Below are positions 15,128 to 22,303 of a DNA stretch of 32,277 nucleotides, piece after piece. Below the pieces are notes generated by a model that saw only the letters and a list, made by a program, of their open reading frames with translations, did no database searches and was not told where the DNA came from. A program made the translations under genes and the position numbers. Within the stretch, counting starts at the first letter, position 1. Each line of letters starts with the position of its first letter. Source of the DNA: an uncultured Candidatus Saccharibacteria bacterium (GTDB lineage Bacteria; Patescibacteriota; Minisyncoccia; CAYVXU01); assembly GCA_964454705.1 (NCBI GenBank), contig CAYVXU010000009.1:1-32277 (forward strand). Reading direction: 5' to 3'.

Positions 15128-16882
15128 TTAGAAACGGCCGATGATGCTGTGCAGTATCTGCCATGCTTGTTCCGCCAGCACACCAACTGCGGCGCGCCAG
15201 CGCCGCAGCGGTGTTGATGATGTGTCTTGATGGGCTAAGCCCGATGTAACGCGAAATACTTTTTCACACTGCGCCCATTTTCCGTCCGGCCCCCACCCCG
15301 TTACCACCACTCTCGAGGGTTTATCACCTGCGTCTTTCACTATATTTCCCCATACGCCGGGATTTTCAAGCCCCGGACCGTCTCCCAAGAACGGGCCGCT
15401 GCTGCTTATCCGAACTGGTCCGTAATTGTTGTTATTAATCCAATCTGAAACAACTTTTATTACTGACCCACCACCAATTTCGGTTCTTACATTAAATGGT
15501 TTTCCTGTTTGAATCGCCCGATCCACAGTGATACCGCACCATAAATTTGGAGATTTTGACAGAGTAGATGCCGCCGTACCCGCAAGAGAAATCGTCTGGG
15601 CGCACCTCGCGGTTTTCCCATTCCCGTCCCGCACAGTGAGTACGAGACGCGAGGGCTTATCGCCTGCTCTCTTTTCTAGTCCGCTCCATATTCCCTCGGC
15701 AGGCAACGCAGACATATCACGCAATAAAGCGCCGTCTGATTTCCGAGGGAGAGTAAACTTGTGGCTGTTTTTCCAATCAGACTGTATGGACGGGTTGTGT
15801 GCCCCATATACCTTCCATCCAATATCAAATGGCTTACCCGGTTCCATTTTTGCAGGTCCGATAATGGCACATGAGAGTCCCGGAACTGCTGTAGGCGGTG
15901 TGATATACTGAGCGCTCTCGTCTACGGGAACGAGCCGGAACCGGAGATCAACGAATCCTTTCGGGAAAAACCCAATATTTACTCCGCGTAGGGGCATTGG
16001 CTTCCAATCATTACTCGTAGCACATGTTTGCGGCAAAGGAACTCCCGCGACAGTCGCACAAAGACTATATTCTACCCGATAGCCCTGTTTGCGTACCAGG
16101 ATAGTGTGTGTGGTAGGAAGCGGCACAAGATTGGTAAACCTCTTGCTATAAAAGGGGGGTGAGAGTGTGTGCTGTCGAAAACGGTATAATACTTCAGCAG
16201 ATGCCGGCAGCTCAAGTTTGCCGACTTTTTCGAGTGTCGTTACCTTAATACTTCCCTGCTCACCCGTATTGAGTGCGCCGGGTAATTCTGCACAGCGTAA
16301 CCCCCGCTCCGTAAAATTCATTGCATCGTTATCGTTCGCGAAATCAGCAATGTGCACTCCGATATCAGTCGCGATCGCAAGAACGGGTATGACGTTTGCT
16401 ACCTGTGAAGCCCAGTATCCCGCGTTCTGAAAGATAGCCCACTGTGATGGGGAGAGCCAGTTGTAGTTGAGTGCAATAACTGCATCCTTCCCGACTACTC
16501 CAATGGTTCCATTTGCATATTCAAAAACCACATACCCAGCCTGTTCTGTAACGTTTACTATCCCACTCGACCCACGTACTAATAATGCGATTCCCTCATC
16601 GATGATCTGCTGGCCTATTTCATTGAGAAAATAGTATTGCGATACCGAAGGATGGAATGACCCGGTCTTTCGGTGGTTCACGGTTGAGAGACCGACTGCC
16701 GCCGTGCCCGCAGGGCACTTTCCCCATGCGGTATCAGTCGGAGGAGGCAGTGAGGTATCAAAGCGCTTACCATCCTTTAGCCCTACCACCGTCGAATCGG
16801 GTTTATACAGTTTTGAGGTGAGAGGGCTGCATCGGATGATGGTGGCATTTTTATCGGTCGTTTCAAAGCGACGTATAAACAC
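15128..16882 (-). CDS. Cys-containing extracellular-type protein with tandem ~95-aa repeats; probably the downstream part of the 17394 gene
   Basis: 584 aa with no signal peptide of its own. The GTG track start lies 100 nt inside the upstream ORF. Repeats span aa 338-430 and 449-542 (GKPF..SDW..AGDKPSR.V.T..GK.A.C). Confidence 0.75.
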   Translation of the reverse strand: MFIRRFETTDKNATIIRCSPLTSKLYKPDSTVVGLKDGKRFDTSLPPPTDTAWGKCPAGTAAVGLSTVNHRKTGSFHPSVSQYYFLNEIGQQIIDEGIALLVRGSSGIVNVTEQAGYVVFEYANGTIGVVGKDAVIALNYNWLSPSQWAIFQNAGYWASQVANVIPVLAIATDIGVHIADFANDNDAMNFTERGLRCAELPGALNTGEQGSIKVTTLEKVGKLELPASAEVLYRFRQHTLSPPFYSKRFTNLVPLPTTHTILVRKQGYRVEYSLCATVAGVPLPQTCATSNDWKPMPLRGVNIGFFPKGFVDLRFRLVPVDESAQYITPPTAVPGLSCAIIGPAKMEPGKPFDIGWKVYGAHNPSIQSDWKNSHKFTLPRKSDGALLRDMSALPAEGIWSGLEKRAGDKPSRLVLTVRDGNGKTARCAQTISLAGTAASTLSKSPNLWCGITVDRAIQTGKPFNVRTEIGGGSVIKVVSDWINNNNYGPVRISSSGPFLGDGPGLENPGVWGNIVKDAGDKPSRVVVTGWGPDGKWAQCEKVFRVTSGLAHQDTSSTPLRRWRAAVGVLAEQAWQILHSIIGRF

Positions 16883-17394
16883 CCCGGTGAGTACGGTGTG
16901 CCGTACGGACAGCTGTTCAATCCATCACCGTATCCGTGTGCGACATTCCAGCAAAATTGCTGCTGCGGCACTACGACACTGCAACAGTGAATAAATCCCT
17001 TGGAGTGGTCTGCCGAGCAATAATAGCCCTTTGGCAGAGTATTGCTGCGATTTACGAGTTTCTCTGAATTCGCATGGTTTATTTCTTTCGTGATATCGTA
17101 ACCAGAAATAAGCCCTGCGACATCTGAACACTCAATGTGGCGGAGATTTTTGTTCTTGGTCGCATAATCAGTAACCCGTGCCGCCGTGACGGCATGCCCT
17201 GCCGGACAATTCCCCCATCCCCGAAGGTCTTGATAGTTTTCCCGCGGGCGGTATTGATACTCACCATCCGGAACCGCAACTTGTACGGTATGTGCTTCAG
17301 CACGAAACGATTGTGATAAAAAAAGAACCGCAAAAACTGCGATGCCAATAAGCCCCTTAACAATGCATACGGCGTATGGGCTCTCCTTTCGCAT
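16783..17394 (-). CDS. Secreted Cys-rich protein (hypothetical); probably the N-terminal part of a longer protein
   Basis: Signal peptide MRKESPYAVCIVKGLIGIAVFAVLFLSQSFRAEA. The WGNCPAG motif recurs as WGKCPAG in the downstream ORF. The tail after a G4 run (16882-16885) looks non-coding. Confidence 0.7.
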   Translation of the reverse strand: MRKESPYAVCIVKGLIGIAVFAVLFLSQSFRAEAHTVQVAVPDGEYQYRPRENYQDLRGWGNCPAGHAVTAARVTDYATKNKNLRHIECSDVAGLISGYDITKEINHANSEKLVNRSNTLPKGYYCSADHSKGFIHCCSVVVPQQQFCWNVAHGYGDGLNSCPYGTPYSPGCLYVALKRPIKMPPSSDAALSPQNCINPIRRW

Positions 17395-17400
17395 GTATTT

Positions 17401-17409
17401 ATGATAACA
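17401..17409 (-). promoter_or_regulatory. Extended -10 promoter with leaderless geometry
   Basis: Minus strand TGTTATCAT, then AAATAC (6 nt), then ATG 17394. No SD. Confidence 0.5.
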
Positions 17410-17558
17410 CGCCGTACAGCGCGTGCATAGCAGGGAGTGTGACCCAAAAGTTTATCTTTGGACGAACCGATGTTTTCTTGCTAACCTCGCCAACACGTCG
17501 GCTGCCTCCGTGTGTACGGGGCAGGGAACCAGATGTTATTGGATTTCAGAAGTTATAG

Positions 17559-17631
17559 CAGCCCCATGGGGATTCGAACCCCAGTTCCATGGCTGAGAAC
17601 CATGTGTCCTAGGCCTCTAGACGATGGGGCC
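17559..17631 (-). tRNA. tRNA-Glu (anticodon CUC)
   Basis: Cloverleaf: acceptor GGCCCCA / TGGGGCT (G1-U72 wobble), anticodon stem CATGG/CCATG with loop TTCTCAG, T-arm TGGGG-TTCGAAT-CCCCA. No CCA is encoded. Confidence 0.9.
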
Positions 17632-17678
17632 ATTTTGCAACTTATCTGTTATGATCCCCCAAACCTTACCATGATTTG

Positions 17679-18956
17679 TTAATTCTGCAAAGCGTGTGCA
17701 GAAGGAATTGCGTGCGCAGGATTTGAAAGCATATTGGTAAATGGAGTAAGATCAGTTTTTTCTTCAATTAACTTTATAAGAGCCCCCATTTCGGGGGTAC
17801 GGTTGATAAGCGTTGCTCCTACTAATGTTCCATGGTGGAGAAAGAGTTGGGCCGCAGAGTTCTTCGCGGGCTCGGTACGTAAAATAGCCGTGCGCCCCTC
17901 AAACTCCTCGGTATTTCCGATAAACACTACATTCATCGCGCACGCATGGCACGTATAAAATGGCACCATGGAGAATGGTGTGCGTTTACCCGCCATGTTC
18001 ATCCCCGCGGCTCTTCCCTGCATCTGCGCATGCACCCATGACCCCGAGTGGAAGTGTCCGTTGAGCACCGGATCGCGATACTGCGCGATATCCCCTGCCG
18101 CCCAGATATCCGAAACGTTTGTTTCAAAGTATTCGTTTACGAGCACTCCCCGTTCCGTCACTACACCCGCCTCGTGTATCCATCGAACCGGATACTCAAT
18201 TCCCACTCCAAGAAGTACCATATCCGCATTAATGCTAGTGCCGTCATTGAGGGTAATACCTTCCACCTCCTTCTCCCCCTTGAACGTCTGTACCGTCCGC
18301 CCCTTTATAATCGAAATCCCTTCCTTTGCCAAACTCCCCTCAATTAAATCCGAAGAGGCAGGGTCCAGAATCCGTTCCCAGAATCGCTCCCCGCGTATGA
18401 GGAGCGTTACCTCTACCCCGGCTTTGCGCAAAATTTCACACATTTCAAACCCTACAAATCCCGCCCCTATCACCACTGCGCGTTTTACCTTGGGAAGTCG
18501 CGTAATTATCGCCTTGGCATCATCAATAGTCTGCAAACGAAATATGCCATTCTTCTCTATCCCTTCTATGACGACTTTCTTCGGAACTCCTCCGGTTGCA
18601 ATAAGGAGCTTCCCATAGGTATAGCGGCTTCCGTCGTCGAGTACGATCGTCTTATGGCTGATATGGAGTTCCCCGGCCCGTCTGCCTGCACGCAACGTGA
18701 TATTACGCTCGTGATACCACTCTTCTTTTTTGAGCCACACATTCTCAAACGGAATTTCTCCTAAAAAGAAATACGGTTTGGAAAGCATGAGCCGGGAATA
18801 GAGCGGATAGGGCTCTGCCGAGATAATGGTAATCGCCGCAGCGGAGTCAATCCCGCGGATGGCTTCAGCTGCGGTCGTGCCCGCGATTCCTCCGCCGATA
18901 ACAAGATATGGTGAGAAGGTATTGTTAGGGATAGATTTGGTTTCCCTCTTCATCAT
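17679..18956 (-). CDS. FAD-dependent pyridine nucleotide-disulfide oxidoreductase (ferredoxin/rubredoxin-reductase-like)
   Basis: VIGGGIAGTTAA (FAD GxGxxG), VVIGAGFVGFE (NAD(P)H site), AAGDIA. The starts are ATG 18956/18953; the rest of the track ORF overlaps the ferredoxin gene in another frame. Confidence 0.85.
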   Translation of the reverse strand: MMKRETKSIPNNTFSPYLVIGGGIAGTTAAEAIRGIDSAAAITIISAEPYPLYSRLMLSKPYFFLGEIPFENVWLKKEEWYHERNITLRAGRRAGELHISHKTIVLDDGSRYTYGKLLIATGGVPKKVVIEGIEKNGIFRLQTIDDAKAIITRLPKVKRAVVIGAGFVGFEMCEILRKAGVEVTLLIRGERFWERILDPASSDLIEGSLAKEGISIIKGRTVQTFKGEKEVEGITLNDGTSINADMVLLGVGIEYPVRWIHEAGVVTERGVLVNEYFETNVSDIWAAGDIAQYRDPVLNGHFHSGSWVHAQMQGRAAGMNMAGKRTPFSMVPFYTCHACAMNVVFIGNTEEFEGRTAILRTEPAKNSAAQLFLHHGTLVGATLINRTPEMGALIKLIEEKTDLTPFTNMLSNPAHAIPSAHALQN

Positions 18957-19212
18957 AGAGAAATATCGCTTTGGTGGGGCATGACTGGGCGGCAAGGAGG
19001 AGCGTATCATCATCGATCGTGATGTCCTCAAGACTCTCCCGCTTTGCCGGCCCCGAATTGCGCACCCCGCCCTTTTGCTTAATAATCGCCTTGTTTTCGC
19101 CATCAAGCTCAAATACCCCCGCGGCAATCACCACACAGCTCGCAGCTCCAATGCATAAATCGCGATCTACTACAATCCGCGCTATTTTCTTTTTCTCCTT
19201 TTTTTCAGGCAT
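18925..19212 (-). CDS. Single-cluster ferredoxin
   Basis: DRDLCIGAASC ... SCPTKAI pattern of small [3Fe-4S]/[4Fe-4S] ferredoxins. Its 3' end overlaps the reductase start by about 30 nt. Confidence 0.8.
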   Translation of the reverse strand: MPEKKEKKKIARIVVDRDLCIGAASCVVIAAGVFELDGENKAIIKQKGGVRNSGPAKRESLEDITIDDDTLLLAAQSCPTKAIFLYDEEGNQIYP

Positions 19213-19221
19213 GTAATGCAG

Positions 19222-19304
19222 GAAATTTTCAATTTACAATTTCTAATTTTCAATTGAAAATTTGGATATTGAGAATTCATTGAAAATTGCAAATTGAGAA
19301 TTGG
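19222..19304. repeat. AT-rich nested palindrome (CAATT-word type)
   Basis: Perfect 14-bp palindrome TTTTCAATTGAAAA (19247-19260). AATTTTCAAT occurs at 19225 and 19245 and inverted at 19280. The direct repeat ATTGAGAATT occurs at 19268 and 19293. Confidence 0.75.
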
Positions 19305-19320
19305 TTTCGGCATTCCTATG

Positions 19321-21828
19321 CTACCGCATGTTCCGTGCATTGTCACGGCTGCGCGCAACCATCTTTTTTACAATGTCATTTACCGCAAGAAATGCGGTAT
19401 TGAGAATCAGAATCCATAGAATTTCACTCGTACGGAGCGGGGTAAATGAAAAGTACGATGCAAAAGGTTCCTGCAGGACTAAAAGCGTGAGGAGGAAGGC
19501 AACAAACGTCACGATGTGCATAACCATCGCCGGACGAGACTGAAAAAGCCATTTAGAGGTACGAATGGAGTAGAAAATCACGAGACCCGAAACTGTTGTT
19601 TGTAAGAACAGTGCAGTCCGGATTACATCGGGGCGAGCACCTCGGTAGAAGAGGTATACAATGAGGTTAAAGAGTGCAGCAACTATCCCAAGTGACATGA
19701 GAAGAAGCGCAAGTTCCCGTACGCCATAACGCGGCCTTTGCCGTACTTCACGCTCTTCTACCCGGTCAAATACTACCCCGAAAAGGGGGAGATCGGTAAG
19801 GAGGTTCGTGAGCAGAATCTGAATGGGTAAAAGCGGCAGGAATGTGATAAATATCGAGAGCACTCCCACCGAAAAACTGTTTCCAAAGTTGTCACTCATC
19901 GTATGCTTGAGGTATTTCAAGATATTGTAGAATGCAGCCCTGCCAAGCCGGATGCCGTCTACAATTACGTGCAGTCCCCGCTCGCGCATAATGAGATCTG
20001 CGACATCCTTTGAGGCGTCTACCGCCATGTCAACCGCGATCCCGACGTTCGCAATTTTGAGGACGGGAATATCGTTGATGCCTTCGCCAAGAAACCCCAC
20101 GAGATGCCGTTTTTGAAGGGCGCGTACGATTTTATACTTCATCTCCGGCCGCAAACGCGAGAACACGTGCCCGCGCTCTACCGTATCTGCAAATGCAGCT
20201 TCGGAAAGTGACGCAAGATCGTCTTCGGTGTATACCGGCTCATCTTCGCCGATTAATCCCGCCTCATGCGCCACTTTTCTCGCTACTTCCGGCCGGTCTC
20301 CCGTAAGCATTCTCACATCCACCCCAAGCGCTTCTGCGTCGCGGATCGCGGCGCGCGCAGTGGGCTTGAGCGCATCCCGAAAAGCCGCCATACCGAGGTA
20401 AGTAAAGTTGCCGGTTACATCTGCCGCACGCTCAAAAAAAGAGTACTGTACACCAGGAAGTTCGTGGTAGGACGCAGCAAGAATGCGCAGGCCTTCCTGG
20501 GAGTATGCGGTAATTCGATCGCGCAGCGCATTGGCTTCTTTCTTTGGCAAGGTGGCGCTCTGCAGGATGAGCTCGGGTGAGCCCATCAGCACGAAGTAGC
20601 GTTTCCTGCCTTTCTGCACGATTCCCTGTGAAACCCGCATATGGGGATCAAAGAGCCGCCGATCCACCAACAGTCCGCGCGCGGCGCCGCCCGCGCGCAC
20701 GCGGGGATGGTATGCACGCACCAGCGCTTCTTCAAAGTCAGAGAGATGCTTTTCGCCCATCCCCCACGAAAGCGAAAAAGCAAAATATACAAAAAGATCT
20801 TTGTGGGGCGAGTCAAAATGCTCAAGTGCAAGCGTATTCGTGGTGAGAGTACCGGTTTTATCCACGCATAATATATCAATAACCCCAAGGTCCTCGATTG
20901 CGGTGAGGCGTTTTACCAGCACATGTTTACGTACAAATACGTGAGTGTAGTATGCAAGAGCAGTAGCGGTAATGGGAGGAAGGAATTCTGGAATAATAGA
21001 GAGGCCAAGGATGAGCGTAAAAAGAAGCACCTCTGAAGGGGCAAGATCGGAAAATACGCTATGTGCCGCAAAAATAATCACCGCAAACCCTGCGACGAAC
21101 TTCGTGAGCTGCGCGGAGAATTGGTCGAGATTGCGCTGGTACGCACTTTGTTTCTGCGATGCAAATGCAAGATTCGCAATATGCGAAAAGCGCGTGCGCC
21201 CGGCGGTAAATACCGCGATTGCTTCTGCTTCGCCGTCAGAAATCACTGTTCCCGAGTAGAGCGGCTCGCGCTCGCCTTTCGGCACGATATCGGATTCTCC
21301 GGTAAGCAGGGATTCATCAACGTTGAGGTTCAATGCATGCAGCACAATACAGTCCGCAGGCACGCGCTCGCCTTTGGTGAGGTAGATTAAATCGCCGGGC
21401 ACGAGTGCATCAGCCGAGATAAGGCTCCGCTTTCCGCTCCGGATCACTTCAGTCTTTTTTTGCAGGTAGGGAGTGAGTGTCTCATAGAGCCGGATGTAGC
21501 GCACCTCTTCGATCGCCGAGATGAGGATCGAGAGGCAGAGAAACCCGAAGATGATAAGCGATTCGGTAACGTGTTCGCTTGAGACGAATGAAATAACCGC
21601 AGCACCCGCAAGAAGGAGGTTAAACCGGTTGAACGCCTGTTCCCGCGCGAACCGTCCGAACTGAAATCCTGATTGCGCCGCGATCGCGTTACGGCCATAG
21701 CGGACAATCCGTTCCCGTGCCTGCTCTTCAGTAAGCCCCCGTTCTCCCGTGAGCAGTTCCTTAAAAATCTGCCGTATACTCTCGTGTTCGTAATCGGTAA
21801 GCGCGGTGCGAAAAGTAAGTGTGCGCAT
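19321..21828 (-). CDS. Cation-transporting P-type ATPase (P2/P3-like)
   Basis: LTGESD, CVDKTGTLT, MLTGD and GEGINDIP motifs, with about 10 TM helices. The first ATG is 21828; the track start 21846 is TTG. Confidence 0.9.
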   Translation of the reverse strand: MRTLTFRTALTDYEHESIRQIFKELLTGERGLTEEQARERIVRYGRNAIAAQSGFQFGRFAREQAFNRFNLLLAGAAVISFVSSEHVTESLIIFGFLCLSILISAIEEVRYIRLYETLTPYLQKKTEVIRSGKRSLISADALVPGDLIYLTKGERVPADCIVLHALNLNVDESLLTGESDIVPKGEREPLYSGTVISDGEAEAIAVFTAGRTRFSHIANLAFASQKQSAYQRNLDQFSAQLTKFVAGFAVIIFAAHSVFSDLAPSEVLLFTLILGLSIIPEFLPPITATALAYYTHVFVRKHVLVKRLTAIEDLGVIDILCVDKTGTLTTNTLALEHFDSPHKDLFVYFAFSLSWGMGEKHLSDFEEALVRAYHPRVRAGGAARGLLVDRRLFDPHMRVSQGIVQKGRKRYFVLMGSPELILQSATLPKKEANALRDRITAYSQEGLRILAASYHELPGVQYSFFERAADVTGNFTYLGMAAFRDALKPTARAAIRDAEALGVDVRMLTGDRPEVARKVAHEAGLIGEDEPVYTEDDLASLSEAAFADTVERGHVFSRLRPEMKYKIVRALQKRHLVGFLGEGINDIPVLKIANVGIAVDMAVDASKDVADLIMRERGLHVIVDGIRLGRAAFYNILKYLKHTMSDNFGNSFSVGVLSIFITFLPLLPIQILLTNLLTDLPLFGVVFDRVEEREVRQRPRYGVRELALLLMSLGIVAALFNLIVYLFYRGARPDVIRTALFLQTTVSGLVIFYSIRTSKWLFQSRPAMVMHIVTFVAFLLTLLVLQEPFASYFSFTPLRTSEILWILILNTAFLAVNDIVKKMVARSRDNARNMR

Positions 21829-21836
21829 AACATTGT

Positions 21837-21845
21837 AGTATACCA
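21837..21845 (-). promoter_or_regulatory. Extended -10 promoter with leaderless geometry for the P-type ATPase
   Basis: Minus strand TGGTATACT, then 8 nt, then ATG 21828. No SD. Confidence 0.5.
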
Positions 21846-21870
21846 AAAAAAGCCCCTTTCGTGAGGCTTT
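21845..21870 (-). terminator. Intrinsic terminator after the glutaredoxin gene
   Basis: Minus strand AAAGCCTC-ACGAAA-GGGGCTTT followed by a run of 7 T. Confidence 0.75.
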
Positions 21871-21938
21871 CCCGTGGCATACTCAGTCACAAGATTCAGC
21901 GATAGCAGAAAGTTGTGATTGTGATAACGGTTGTTACT

Positions 21939-22199
21939 TCATGAAGCGGGAACAAATTCTCCCGCGATCTCGGCAAGCCGCTCCTGATCGTATCCGATAA
22001 TAATTTCTTCGCTACCATTGCGGTTGACCGCAATGACCGGCACTCCCATCTGGCCGGATTTGTGGATCATCTCCTCTGCCTTCGCAGGATCAGCCGCGAC
22101 ATTTACATCAGTAAAGGGCATGTGATGCTCTTTCATAAATTCTTTCGCCATGTGGCAGAATCCGCAGGAAGGCGTGGTGTAAATAGTAATGGTTGGCAT
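21939..22199 (-). CDS. Glutaredoxin-like (NrdH/Grx family) protein
   Basis: 86 aa with a thioredoxin fold, the active site CGFC and the GVPV cis-Pro motif. Confidence 0.85.
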   Translation of the reverse strand: MPTITIYTTPSCGFCHMAKEFMKEHHMPFTDVNVAADPAKAEEMIHKSGQMGVPVIAVNRNGSEEIIIGYDQERLAEIAGEFVPAS

Positions 22200-22207
22200 A
22201 AGAAATA

Positions 22208-22236
22208 ATACTACACAATTTTGTGGGTGGGTTCAA
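22208..22236 (-). promoter_or_regulatory. Sigma70-like promoter with leaderless geometry for the glutaredoxin gene
   Basis: Minus strand TTGAAC (22231-22236), 17-nt spacer, TAGTAT (22208-22213), then 8 nt to ATG 22199. No SD. Confidence 0.6.
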
Positions 22237-22237
22237 C

Positions 22238-22303
22238 CCCGTTAGAGAACCGCCCTGCCGAAGGCACGGCGGCAGCCGCTAGGAGCGGCTTTTCTCTCAC
22301 GGG
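22238..22303 (-). repeat. 66-nt GC-rich multi-hairpin palindromic element, copy 2 (inverted)
   Basis: Its reverse complement is 63/66 identical to 11188-11253. It contains the TGA stop (22297-22299) of the kinase gene and ends 1 nt from the -35 of the glutaredoxin promoter. Confidence 0.85.

Noticed and set aside
15257-15871. Diversity-generating retroelement (template/variable repeat pair) in the secreted protein.
   Set aside because: The two repeats are diverged protein-domain paralogues (many non-A differences, indels), and no reverse transcriptase gene is present in the window.
19321-21828. The GEGINDIP variant of the P-type ATPase hinge motif as a sign of inactivation.
   Set aside because: Asp-to-Glu is a conservative change, all the other catalytic motifs (TGES, DKTGT, TGD) are intact, and the 835-aa ORF is uninterrupted.
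21829-21938. Riboswitch or attenuator leader for the P-type ATPase (for example a Mg-sensing leader).
   Set aside because: The interval is only ~110 nt. Its one strong hairpin reads as the glutaredoxin terminator, and I could find no alternative antiterminator pairing. An extended -10 box downstream of the hairpin explains ATPase expression.
11188-22303. The inverted pair of 66-nt elements as the ends of a composite transposon, genomic island or invertible segment.
   Set aside because: No transposase, integrase or invertase gene lies in or next to the 11-kb block. I see no direct duplication in the outer flanks. The block contains a tRNA and housekeeping-type genes. Each copy is explained locally by its contact with a promoter. 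I kept it only as a bracketing observation.
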